From the IMG/VR virus record IMGVR_UViG_3300014202_000592, positions 1-28,649 of that record: a DNA stretch of 28,649 bases; one strand, given 5' to 3'. The notes beneath the pieces are model-generated. The model made no database searches. It saw only the letters and a program-made list of their open reading frames with translations, and had not been told where the DNA came from. A program made the position numbers and the translations under genes. The DNA comes from a virus (Duplodnaviria > Caudoviricetes). Of the stretch, positions 1 through 8,669 are shown piece after piece; position 1 is the first letter of the stretch, and every line of letters starts with the position of its first letter.

Positions 1-16
1 CTGTGTGATGTTGTTA

Positions 17-46
17 CGGGTGGGCGCAATGTCCACCCGGTTTTTT
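17..46 (+). terminator. Rho-independent terminator
   Basis: Stem CGGGTGGGC(17-25)/GTCCACCCG(31-39), loop GCAAT, followed by GTTTTTT. Confidence 0.75.
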
Positions 47-159
47 CGGGGAAGAGGCGGAATTGATGGGTGAGGAATGACCGCAGCCCTCAACGGCAGG
101 CCCGGCACAAATGCAAGTGCCTCAGGAATGTCGGCGTAACGGTGCGAAGTCATTGACAA

Positions 160-244
160 GCCGGGAAAGACCGGAAAATTGCCATTACCGAACAGAACTC
201 AAACTGAGTGGCTGGAAGATCGGTGACGGCCGGGAAAGACCGGC
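160..244 (+). repeat. Two copies of hairpin GCCGGGAAAGACCGG (160-174, 229-243), boxB-like
   Basis: Identical 15-mers, each forming a CCGG/CCGG stem with a purine-rich GAAAGA loop. Confidence 0.8.
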
Positions 245-254
245 ACAGATTAAC

Positions 255-386
255 GGGGGCTGCGGCGTTGGTGGGAACACGCTGCATGGACTGGCTCTGT
301 ACGTTGCACGTAACCAGTTTCCAGCACTTGCAAGCTTGAAGAAGACGAAACACGTAATCAGGTTCAAATCCTGACAGCCTCCACTA
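255..386 (+). ncRNA. tRNA-like structured RNA, not a canonical tRNA
   Basis: GGGGGCTG(255-262) pairs with CAGCCTCC(375-382) including a G3-U pair; T-arm TCAGG-TTCAAAT-CCTGA(358-374); discriminator A383; D-arm-like GCGT-TGGTGGGAAC-ACGC; central region too long for a normal tRNA. Confidence 0.6.
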
Positions 387-403
387 ACTAACGAGGAGAT
401 AAC

Positions 404-559
404 ATGATTAAGATAATAGACATCATATTAGCAGTAATTTTGATGGTTTTAGTACTGATATATGCTTTTGTCGATCTTAAATCTTATGACGAAGATATGT
501 TGTTGATTTCAATCTTAATGACCACTCTTATTCTTGGTTATCCAAAAGACAAATTTTGA
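404..559 (+). CDS. Small membrane protein (51 aa, two hydrophobic segments)
   Basis: Hand-translated MIKIIDIILAVILMVLVLIYAFVDLKSYDEDMLLISILMTTLILGYPKDKF*; SD GAGGAG upstream; absent from ORF track. Confidence 0.65.
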   Translation: MIKIIDIILAVILMVLVLIYAFVDLKSYDEDMLLISILMTTLILGYPKDKF

Positions 560-581
560 CTTGTAAAAACAAGGAGCAACA

Positions 582-746
582 ATGACTGACTACAAATTAG
601 CACTTGCGGCATTTTTAGCAGCATTCATTGCTGTTAGTTTTGATGATGCGGAAGGATTTGAGCGCAGATGGTGCGAAACATACTCGGAATGGTGCACCAC
701 GGTTGCGGAAGATGAACTAAAGGAGTGGAGTGGCGATGAATATTAA
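582..746 (+). CDS. Small hypothetical protein (54 aa, N-terminal hydrophobic stretch)
   Basis: Hand-translated MTDYKLALAAFLAAFIAVSFDDAEGFERRWCETYSEWC...DEY*; SD AAGGAG. Confidence 0.65.
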   Translation: MTDYKLALAAFLAAFIAVSFDDAEGFERRWCETYSEWCTTVAEDELKEWSGDEY

Positions 747-1167
747 ATGTTTTTTAGGTAGGCACGACTTGCCTAATTTCTCAATAGATAAAATTTTGTA
801 CACGGCTGACGGCGATGTTTTCGCAACGATCAGCAAGAGAACATGCCGGTCTTGTCCCAAGACTGAGCATTTAGTGCTGACACGTGACGATTTAAGCGCA
901 AGCGAGAAGGAATCAGCAGAATACTGGCGCGTAACCTCCGATCCTCAGATGATCCGATCCGCAATGGAACGGTTCATTAGTAATGATGGGTCGATTGCGA
1001 TTAAGTCAATACTTGACTGTCTTTCTGACGCAATTGTCAGCACGGAAATAAGAAAGCGTCAGCAGGGAGAGATGTTTCCTGATTTCGGGGAAACAATTGA
1101 GCAGATCGGAATGGTAAAGGTTCCGATGGAGGATCAGTTGCCGGAAATTTTTAAGGATCGGGCGTGA
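730..1167 (+). CDS. Hypothetical phage protein (C..H..CxxC metal-binding N-terminus; start possibly ATG 736)
   Basis: KCFLGRHD...CRSC pattern; SD AAGGAG/GGAG; stop overlaps next start. Confidence 0.7.
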   Translation: MAMNIKCFLGRHDLPNFSIDKILYTADGDVFATISKRTCRSCPKTEHLVLTRDDLSASEKESAEYWRVTSDPQMIRSAMERFISNDGSIAIKSILDCLSDAIVSTEIRKRQQGEMFPDFGETIEQIGMVKVPMEDQLPEIFKDRA

Positions 1168-2114
1168 ATATGGACAGAAAAAACTGGATCGGAGGTTCCG
1201 ACGCAGCATCAATCCTTGGTGTTTCGCCATGGAAAACCTCTTTCCAGTTGTATCAAGAGAAGATCGGTGATCATGTCGAAGAGGTTACGCAAGCAAAGCA
1301 AAAGATATTCAATCGAGGCAAAAGACTTGAGCCGGTTGTTATTGAAATGCTGATCGACGAACTCAGGGAAAACGGTCATGAAGTTGAAGTAATAGCCCGG
1401 AACGAAAGATATAAAGATTCTGTTCACGACTTCATGGCAGCAGAGATTGACATTGAGTTGGTCATCGACGGCGAAGAAATGAACGGTGAAATCAAGACCG
1501 TTCACCCGTTCGCGGCAAAGGATTGGGGGGAAGAAGGGACCGACGAAATACCCATCTATTACACCGCCCAAATAGCCCACGGCCAGATGATCACCGGGCG
1601 CAACAGAACCATTGTTGCAGCACTGATCGGCGCTGATGATCTTCGCATCCATTTTGTTGAACGCGATGGCGAACTGATTGAAATCATACGTGATAAAGAA
1701 ATCGCATTCTGGGAAATGGTTCAAAACAGAATCCCGCCGGAACCGACTACGCACGATGACATAAAGCTTCTTTATAAGCGCGCTTACGGATCTGCGGTTG
1801 ATGTCACCGAAGACGTATCGGATTACTTCGAATCACTGGTAATTGCAAAAGCACAACACAAAGAACTCGAATCAAAGATCGATCTAATCACAACAAAAAT
1901 CAAGTCATTTATGGGTGATGCTGCTGTTTTAACGGCAAACGGCAGGCCAATACTGACTTGGAAGAACAATAAAGATGGCAGAAAAACAGACTGGAAGGCA
2001 GCGTTTTATGATCTTGTTGGAAAATCAACAGGAATCAGTAAGGCGGATTTGGAAAAGATTATCAATAACAAAACTGAGACAGTGCCTGGTGCGCGTGTTT
2101 TCAGAATTAAATAA
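1164..2114 (+). CDS. yqaJ: YqaJ-like (lambda-exonuclease family) recombination exonuclease
   Basis: IGGSDAASILGVSPWKT N-terminal motif, G..LEP, EIKT and Y..Q..H motifs; adjacent to RecT. Confidence 0.92.
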   Translation: MNMDRKNWIGGSDAASILGVSPWKTSFQLYQEKIGDHVEEVTQAKQKIFNRGKRLEPVVIEMLIDELRENGHEVEVIARNERYKDSVHDFMAAEIDIELVIDGEEMNGEIKTVHPFAAKDWGEEGTDEIPIYYTAQIAHGQMITGRNRTIVAALIGADDLRIHFVERDGELIEIIRDKEIAFWEMVQNRIPPEPTTHDDIKLLYKRAYGSAVDVTEDVSDYFESLVIAKAQHKELESKIDLITTKIKSFMGDAAVLTANGRPILTWKNNKDGRKTDWKAAFYDLVGKSTGISKADLEKIINNKTETVPGARVFRIK

Positions 2115-2125
2115 AGGAGGTCAAG

Positions 2126-3070
2126 ATGTCCACAGAAACGTTGAAAGCAGTAGCAACCGGAAGACCAGTTGATAAACCAAAGAATATCGCTGATTTATCT
2201 CATTTCCTTGCTGGAAGAATGGGTCAGATTAAATCAGTGATTGCAAACAAATTGACGCCGGAAAAGATGTCCAGAATTGCTCTTAATGAGTTACGCAGCA
2301 ATGATTATCTGGCAAGAATAGCAATTCAAAACCCTGGCAGCTTTGTGAATGCAGTGGTTCAGGCGGCTCATCTTGGTCTTGAGATAGGCGGTGCACTTGG
2401 GCAGGCGTATCTCGTGCCCTTCAAAGGCGAAATCAAGATGATGCCTGGCTATCGTGGCCTTATATCACTTGCGAGAAGGTCCGGTGAAATCAGCAGCATC
2501 AATGCTGAAATAGTTTATGAGAATGATATTTTTGATCTTGAGCTTGGCATAGACACGAAGGTTAAGCACAAGCCCTGTTTAACCGGTGATCGTGGCGAAC
2601 CAAAGCTGGTTTATATGGTTGCCCATTTCAAGGATGGAGGAAACCATTTCGAGTGGATGACTGTTGCCGAGGTAATGAAGATAAAGGCCAGAAGTTCGGC
2701 TGTTAAATCTGGCAAAGAAACACCGTGGGATACCGACCGCGATGAAATGATCAAGAAAACGATCATTCGGCGAGGATGGAAATACCTGCCCATGTCGATT
2801 GAAATGCAAAGCGCTGAAAAGATTGACTCTGCAAACGAAACCGGCAAATCAGTAGTTATCGATGGTGATAGCGTAATTATTGATGAGTCTACCGCTGAGA
2901 TAGTTTCTGAAAAAACCGAACCTGAGCAACCGAAAACAGAAGAACCAAAACCGCGAGCTGAGAAAGAATCTGATTCCAAGCCAGATGCAAAACCAACTGA
3001 GCCAGAAGAATCAGGGGCTAATAATCCTGCCCCAGAAAGACGCCGTGGCAACGATTACGCAATGGAGTGA
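2126..3070 (+). CDS. recT: RecT-family single-strand annealing recombinase
   Basis: LGLE..GALGQAYLVPF, GYRGLISLARRSG, PW.TD.DEM..KT..RR..KYLP motifs; acidic disordered C-tail; SD AAGGAGG. Confidence 0.93.
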   Translation: MSTETLKAVATGRPVDKPKNIADLSHFLAGRMGQIKSVIANKLTPEKMSRIALNELRSNDYLARIAIQNPGSFVNAVVQAAHLGLEIGGALGQAYLVPFKGEIKMMPGYRGLISLARRSGEISSINAEIVYENDIFDLELGIDTKVKHKPCLTGDRGEPKLVYMVAHFKDGGNHFEWMTVAEVMKIKARSSAVKSGKETPWDTDRDEMIKKTIIRRGWKYLPMSIEMQSAEKIDSANETGKSVVIDGDSVIIDESTAEIVSEKTEPEQPKTEEPKPRAEKESDSKPDAKPTEPEESGANNPAPERRRGNDYAME

Positions 3071-3561
3071 TCATGAAAATAAACCAAATAGAAATATCAA
3101 ATTACTTGCACGCTGTTGGTGACGTAAGGATGGATCTGCAAACACCAATAACTCTGATTGCGGGCAGAAATGGTTCCGGAAAATCATCAATTCGGGACGC
3201 GATACAACACGCCCTGACCGGCGAAGCATCACGGGTTAGATTGAAAAAAGAGTATGGCATGCTGGTTAATGACCGGCTATCAAGTTCAGAATCAGGTTTT
3301 GTTGAAATCAAGTCAGGCGAAGAAACGTACAGCGTAGTCATTCCATCCGGGAAAGGCAATCACAGCGACAGCCCTACCATGCAATATGTCTTGGATGCGC
3401 AGCGATTCGCAAAACTCGACGAAAAAGGACGACGTGAATACTTATTTGGGTTGTCCGGAGCGAAGATTAATCCTGAAAATATCATTATCAAAATGATTGA
3501 ACTGGGATGCGATAAGGAAAAAGTTGAAAGCATTATCAACATCTTAAAAATTGAAGAATGA
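3067..3561 (+). CDS. SbcC/Rad50-like ABC ATPase, N-terminal part (Walker A)
   Basis: MKINQIEISNY...ITLIAGRNGSGKSSIRDAI; ends where the HNH gene begins (ATGA overlap). Confidence 0.85.
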   Translation: MIMKINQIEISNYLHAVGDVRMDLQTPITLIAGRNGSGKSSIRDAIQHALTGEASRVRLKKEYGMLVNDRLSSSESGFVEIKSGEETYSVVIPSGKGNHSDSPTMQYVLDAQRFAKLDEKGRREYLFGLSGAKINPENIIIKMIELGCDKEKVESIINILKIEE

Positions 3562-4283
3562 GAGAGATATGCTCAGTAAAAAACTGTGACGGGATTGTTA
3601 AAGCCAAAGGTCTGTGCAACAAGCATCACCACAGAATGTCCAGATACGGAGACACAGAACTTCGCAGGCACACCATGCCCACTGGTGGTAAATGCACTGT
3701 TATTGGATGCGCCGGAGTCGCAAGAGGATCTGGAATGTGTAACAAGCATTACCGAAGATTTAAAAAATATGGCGATCCCAAAAAAGGACATCAGAAGATG
3801 TCGATTAAAGATCGATTAATAAAAAAAATAAAAATAAATATAAATACAGGATGTTGGGATTTTACCGGAAGCAAGGATTTAAAAGGATACGGAAAACTAT
3901 GGGACGGGAATACCATGCGCAGCGCTCACAGGATTTCATTTATAGAATACAAAGGATCCATCCCAGATGGATTGTTTGTTCTACATAAGTGCGATAACCC
4001 TGGCTGCATTAATCCGGATCATTTGTTTCTTGGCACACATAACGAAAACATGGAAGACATGAGAAAAAAGGGAAGGTCGTGTACAGAGAAAAGGCTATGT
4101 GGGTCAAGGAACTTTAACTCCAAATTGAGTGAAAACGATATACCGAAAATCAAGAAAAGATTACTAAATGGCGAATCATGTAAAAAAATTGCGGAATCAT
4201 ATTCTGTAGATAGGACAACCATATCTTTTATTAAAAACGGAACAACTTGGAAACATTTAAAAGGAGAAAACAATGGGATTTAG
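3558..4283 (+). CDS. HNH homing endonuclease (two N-terminal Cys/His Zn-finger repeats, HNH_3-type core, C-terminal HTH)
   Basis: CSVKNC..GLCNKH and CTVIGC..GMCNKH repeats; VLHKCDNPGCINPDHLFLGTHNENMEDM; HTH IAESYSVDRTTISFIKNG; more AT-rich than flanks. Confidence 0.92.
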   Translation: MREICSVKNCDGIVKAKGLCNKHHHRMSRYGDTELRRHTMPTGGKCTVIGCAGVARGSGMCNKHYRRFKKYGDPKKGHQKMSIKDRLIKKIKININTGCWDFTGSKDLKGYGKLWDGNTMRSAHRISFIEYKGSIPDGLFVLHKCDNPGCINPDHLFLGTHNENMEDMRKKGRSCTEKRLCGSRNFNSKLSENDIPKIKKRLLNGESCKKIAESYSVDRTTISFIKNGTTWKHLKGENNGI

Positions 4284-5637
4284 GATGGCTCATGAATATG
4301 CGATGGATAAAGCCAAGGAATTAAAAACACTGTGGAGACATCTAACCGGAGGAGAAACTTGGGGCAAAGACAAGGCCGAAAAATGGGAACCCAAATTGCC
4401 CGAAATGGCTGCTGAGAAAGCCGGTGAATTACTTTCAAGCGCAACCGGCAAAGCTTCGGAAATCGAAGCGGAGATAAAGTCCTTGACGGAAACGCTGGGC
4501 GCAGCAAGACAATCTGAAAAGAACAGATTGGATAATGCATCCGAAACAGAAAGGCTTGAAAAGCTTGCCAGCAGCATTGACCGGGTAACAAAAAAAATAG
4601 AACTGGACACGGCAGAAGCCAAAGAGATTGAATCAAAACTCCAAACACTGAAAGATGCTCAAGCGAAGAAGGCTCCTGATCCGCTTTTAACAGAAATATT
4701 CGCTGTTGCTGATGCGTTGGTCGACCACGCAATTAGCTGCGGCGTTGCATTCCCTGGTGAATTACATGACCGGCATATCGCTTGCGCGGAAGAATACGCA
4801 TCGCAATATCAATCAGAAAGTGAAATTGATCAAAAGGAGATTGCTTCCGACATTCTCAAACTGGAATCCAGTCTTAAGCTGATGTGCAATGCGGTAGCAA
4901 ACGGAAGGCGGGATCTGGTGCTTGCAGAAGATGCCGCCAAAAAACTAGCTGAAATGTCCGCCAAAACCAGCAATCAGGATTCTTCCGGCGTCAATATTGA
5001 TCAGCTATCTGCATTGATAGCAGAAAGAACAAAAACACTGAATGACTGGAATGCGGATAAGGCTAAATATCAAACAATCATTGATGCTCACGCAAAACGT
5101 GATTCAACGATCAAACAAGCCAATCAGTTTCATTACGACATCATGGAGTGGCTTGCGATTGCTGATCAATTATCACCTACCGGCATACCATCAGAATTAC
5201 TTAAAACCGCACTCGACCCGATCAATGAGCGCCTGCTTTCTACGGCGGCAGAGTCGTGGATGATGCGCGTGTTAATCAATGACGATATGAGCATCACCGT
5301 GGCGCGTGACCAGACCACAAAACAAACCTCATACGCCCTGCTCTCAGAATCAGAGCAGTGGCGTGTTGATGCGATGATTGCTGAGGCCATATCTCACGTT
5401 TCTGGAATCAAGATAATGGTTCTGGATCGCTTTGATGTCTTGGACATGCAGAACCGCTCAGACCTGATCTGCTGGCTTGATGGACTGGCGCAGGATGGCG
5501 CGATTGATACCTGCATCATCTTCGGAACATTGAAAGAGTCACCAAAAAAACTACCAGAATCATTTCAGTCGTACTGGATTGAGAATGGGCGTGTTGTTGA
5601 TGATACTGAGGAAGTTAAAAGCAAGGAGGCGGCGTGA
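4273..5637 (+). CDS. SbcC/Rad50-like ABC ATPase, C-terminal part (coiled coil, signature, Walker B)
   Basis: Long coiled coil; LSESEQWR signature-like motif; IMVLDRFDVLD Walker B/D-loop; own SD AAGGAG; no Walker A. Confidence 0.85.
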   Translation: MGFRMAHEYAMDKAKELKTLWRHLTGGETWGKDKAEKWEPKLPEMAAEKAGELLSSATGKASEIEAEIKSLTETLGAARQSEKNRLDNASETERLEKLASSIDRVTKKIELDTAEAKEIESKLQTLKDAQAKKAPDPLLTEIFAVADALVDHAISCGVAFPGELHDRHIACAEEYASQYQSESEIDQKEIASDILKLESSLKLMCNAVANGRRDLVLAEDAAKKLAEMSAKTSNQDSSGVNIDQLSALIAERTKTLNDWNADKAKYQTIIDAHAKRDSTIKQANQFHYDIMEWLAIADQLSPTGIPSELLKTALDPINERLLSTAAESWMMRVLINDDMSITVARDQTTKQTSYALLSESEQWRVDAMIAEAISHVSGIKIMVLDRFDVLDMQNRSDLICWLDGLAQDGAIDTCIIFGTLKESPKKLPESFQSYWIENGRVVDDTEEVKSKEAA

Positions 5638-5972
5638 ATATTTTAGAGATTATTGGATTGCTGACACTGGTATTGTCTGGAGTTGTTTTGATTCTTTATG
5701 CTACCGGAATTTTAAAAATAGGTAAGGTAGAAATTGACCGCATGGAGAGTGATGCTGACTGGCTATCTGCCCAAGATATGACCGAATTTTGGCAGTGTCA
5801 TGATGATTCGGTGGCGCAAATAAGGGGAGCAATCGAGGATGCGATTAAAGCCATAACTCTGTATGAATGGTTTATCGACGAGGATCATCCGAGAAATTCT
5901 GCCCCAGATGATATACGCGAAAATCTTAGGAAGGTGCTTGCTGAAAACGAAGTCATAAATAGTAAAAAATGA
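5634..5972 (+). CDS. Hypothetical protein with N-terminal transmembrane helix
   Basis: IIGLLTLVLSGVVLILYATGIL; GTGA coupling; SD AGGAGG. Confidence 0.7.
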   Translation: MNILEIIGLLTLVLSGVVLILYATGILKIGKVEIDRMESDADWLSAQDMTEFWQCHDDSVAQIRGAIEDAIKAITLYEWFIDEDHPRNSAPDDIRENLRKVLAENEVINSKK

Positions 5973-6175
5973 AATCAGTTATCGAAATGATTAGAGCGGA
6001 ATTGGTCGGAATGGGCGCTGACGGGCTGGCAAACGAGGATAGTGAGTGTGGATGCAGTCTTGATGACCTAATCCCATGCGGAAACGTCCACGAAACCGAA
6101 TGTTTTGCGGCGAAAAACAATAAACGCAAGGCGAAAAAGGAATCGCTGGATTTTTGGATGGAGAGAATCGAATGA
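5969..6175 (+). CDS. Small Cys-rich hypothetical phage protein
   Basis: GADGL....ECGCSLDDLIPC motif; ATGA coupling. Confidence 0.7.
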   Translation: MKSVIEMIRAELVGMGADGLANEDSECGCSLDDLIPCGNVHETECFAAKNNKRKAKKESLDFWMERIE

Positions 6176-6693
6176 AAGCGTCTGAAATTCTATCCCCAGA
6201 ATACCAAAGCAAACAACTCGTAATCTTCCCTGAAGAACGCAGATACATACACCGCAGATGTCCAGCCGAAGCCAGGTTAGAAAGAATAATTGAGATCAGG
6301 AAGAAAAGGCTTGAGAGGGAAAGAAAATCTCATGGACAGGCGAATAGGTATGAAGGATGGTCAAAAGCCGTTGCCAAAAAATTGACGGACATTGCCAAGC
6401 CGTTGCTGATTGAGGGAATGAATTCAACAGAGATTTATAACCTTGTTCCGGCTGAGATTATCACTGACAAAAAAGGAAACAAGCTCGGCCTGTCCAGATT
6501 CAGGCATTGGCTATCAATACTCAGAAAGGATCTTGTTGATTCCGGTGTTGCGCAGCCGGTTGCAAATAAATCAAATCAAGTCCTTGAGATGCTTAAAAAA
6601 GGAATTACTCCGCAGGAGATAAAGAGCAAAACCGGATGGCGGACTGACATTATCAGGAAAGTTTTTATCAAGTTCAAGGAAAAACAAAAATGA
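6172..6693 (+). CDS. Hypothetical basic protein, probable C-terminal HTH
   Basis: ORF 6154..6693; ATG 6172 overlaps the previous stop; MLKKGITPQEIKSKTGW HTH-like. Confidence 0.6.
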   Translation: MKASEILSPEYQSKQLVIFPEERRYIHRRCPAEARLERIIEIRKKRLERERKSHGQANRYEGWSKAVAKKLTDIAKPLLIEGMNSTEIYNLVPAEIITDKKGNKLGLSRFRHWLSILRKDLVDSGVAQPVANKSNQVLEMLKKGITPQEIKSKTGWRTDIIRKVFIKFKEKQK

Positions 6694-7334
6694 CCGGACA
6701 ACAAGCAAATACTTGGGCTTTGTCGCTTGGGCTGCCAGACATAGCCCCTGACAGTCAAAAAGAAATTATTAGATCAATTGCTACCGGCAAAGATCAAGAG
6801 AAAACCCTGCTTAAAAAAACATCGCCTTTTGTGAGAAAGGTTATGAAGAAAAGAAACGTCTGGAAAATTCCCAAAAAAGATTACGAGAGATTTAACTCCG
6901 TTTGTCTCAAATTACTCAAGAAAGGGTACGGTAACAAACGAATCATAAAGATAGCAAGAAGATTGAATCTACTGCCCTATTCACACGGAACTTACCAGTC
7001 GGCGATAACTAAAGTCAGGGCTGCTAATGGTTTTAGAGACAAAAGGGTGATGGATGAAAGCACTCAACGAAGGGTTATTTTGCTGACAAATAAGGGGGTC
7101 AGTATAGAAGGAGTTGCGGAAATATTATCTCTTGATCCATCAGATGTGCGCTGCCGAATAATGCAGGAGAAGTACAGAGCAGGAAAGAAACCGAGGCGAC
7201 AAAGGATAGATCAGTACATAAAGTGCTGCAATCGCGGTTTATCGACAAAACAAATCGCCCGGGAACTTGGCGTTACTGTTTGCAACGCCAGGAGACAGAT
7301 TAGAAAGTACAGGGCGGAGGGATATATCAAATGA
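6690..7334 (+). CDS. Multi-HTH DNA-binding protein
   Basis: KGVSIEGVAEILSLDPSDV and RGLSTKQIARELGVTVCNARR HTH-like segments; very basic. Confidence 0.65.
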   Translation: MTGQQANTWALSLGLPDIAPDSQKEIIRSIATGKDQEKTLLKKTSPFVRKVMKKRNVWKIPKKDYERFNSVCLKLLKKGYGNKRIIKIARRLNLLPYSHGTYQSAITKVRAANGFRDKRVMDESTQRRVILLTNKGVSIEGVAEILSLDPSDVRCRIMQEKYRAGKKPRRQRIDQYIKCCNRGLSTKQIARELGVTVCNARRQIRKYRAEGYIK

Positions 7335-7546
7335 TTAAAAGAGAACTAACACAATTAACACTCGAGCATTGTCGCGAAGTTCTGACGCGGGACTTATTAA
7401 TAGGGGCTGCATATGCACTGGACGGAGAAAGCAAAGCGTTCGTGTTTAACCCGTTTTCGAACGAATATAGGGTGATGCGTGGCCTCGAAGTTATTGAGTC
7501 TGGTCAGGCGGTTGAGGAGTTGCTTGCGGTTTACAATGAGCTGTGA
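7331..7546 (+). CDS. Hypothetical protein
   Basis: ATGA coupling; SD GGAGG. Confidence 0.6.
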   Translation: MIKRELTQLTLEHCREVLTRDLLIGAAYALDGESKAFVFNPFSNEYRVMRGLEVIESGQAVEELLAVYNEL

Positions 7547-7593
7547 ACATGTACACAAAAGTTGAAAAATAAACAATCAATAAAGGATGCGCG

Positions 7594-8460
7594 ATGAAAA
7601 ACCTAACAATATTCAAAACTGAAAAAGGCTGGAAACCAACAGCTGAAGTTGATCGATTGATTAGCAATCTGTCAGTGCCAGATCAACCTGGCACAGGCTG
7701 GCAAGTATTGCATGACGGCACTCCGTTGATCGACATAAACGGACAGATCATGTTGATCATGGAAGTGCAGGGAAAGAAAGTGCCCCGGGCTGTGCTGAAG
7801 CGCGAGACGCAGCTTCGGCTTGAGAAGCTTGCGCAAAGCACAGGAAATACCGGCGTTCTGAAGTCTGGAAAGATACGAAAAGAGATAATGAATACAGTCT
7901 ATAACGAACTCTATGCGCGGGCATTCTTGACAAGCAAATTGACAAAGGTCTGGGTTGATTCAGTGAATGGGTATTTATGTATTGACTCCGCATCTGAGGC
8001 TAAGATAGGCCAAGCAATGACACTCTTATCTTTATTCAGAAATACAAGAATAGTTCCTTTGGCGACGGTATATCACCCGCGCCAGACAATGCGAAAACTA
8101 TTGCTTGGAGAGGTTGACTCTGAACATTTCCATATCGGAAAATCATGTGAAATTTACGACCAGACATTACCCGGCAAATCAATCATCTACAAAAATGAGC
8201 AGTTATCGTCACAAGAATTAATGACTCAATTGCAAAACGGCAGGGCAGTTAAAAAACTATCTATTGAGTTTGACGACAAAATACGCTTTGTGCTGCACGA
8301 AAACCTATGTATCAGCGGCATAAAAATCATCGAAGAAATTGAAGACGCTGAAGAATACGAGTCGGCAGAAGCAAAGTTTGATGCGGATTTTATTATTATG
8401 ACAGGCATGTATTCAGAACTGATTGGCGCAGTTGTTGAGGCTCTGGGTGGTGAGCAATGA
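7594..8460 (+). CDS. rdgC: Recombination-associated protein RdgC
   Basis: KNLTIF start, KKVPRAVLK, LYARAF, IDSASEAK, GRAVKKLSIEFDDKIRFVL and FDADFIIMTG..ALGGE end match the RdgC pattern. Confidence 0.88.
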   Translation: MKNLTIFKTEKGWKPTAEVDRLISNLSVPDQPGTGWQVLHDGTPLIDINGQIMLIMEVQGKKVPRAVLKRETQLRLEKLAQSTGNTGVLKSGKIRKEIMNTVYNELYARAFLTSKLTKVWVDSVNGYLCIDSASEAKIGQAMTLLSLFRNTRIVPLATVYHPRQTMRKLLLGEVDSEHFHIGKSCEIYDQTLPGKSIIYKNEQLSSQELMTQLQNGRAVKKLSIEFDDKIRFVLHENLCISGIKIIEEIEDAEEYESAEAKFDADFIIMTGMYSELIGAVVEALGGEQ

Positions 8461-8669
8461 GTGAAAGTGAAGATTTTCAACGCGCTGTTAAAATTGGCAT
8501 GACCTGCTCTGATTGCAGACATTTTCAGAGAAATAAAAAAGTTAAGGAAAGAATTATTGATGACTCTTGCTATCACCGCGACGCTATGCAAAGTACATAT
8601 TACGGCGAGCAATCAATGCAAGTTTCTACTGATTTTCTATGCAACAGATTCCAGGAGCATAAAGAATGA
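8457..8669 (+). CDS. Small Cys-rich hypothetical protein
   Basis: TCSDCRHF...C...CNRF; ATGA coupling at both ends. Confidence 0.6.
   Translation: MSESEDFQRAVKIGMTCSDCRHFQRNKKVKERIIDDSCYHRDAMQSTYYGEQSMQVSTDFLCNRFQEHKE

Noticed and set aside
153-181. Perfect TTGACA as a sigma70 -35
   Set aside because: No acceptable -10 at 16-18 nt spacing
111-374. ORFs 111..374(+), 150..353(-) and 185..367(-)
   Set aside because: No convincing SD or protein motifs; the region is better explained as structured RNA
3558-4283. Group I intron or intein around the HNH gene
   Set aside because: No non-coding flanks for a ribozyme core, no Hint motifs, and the frame is broken by a stop codon
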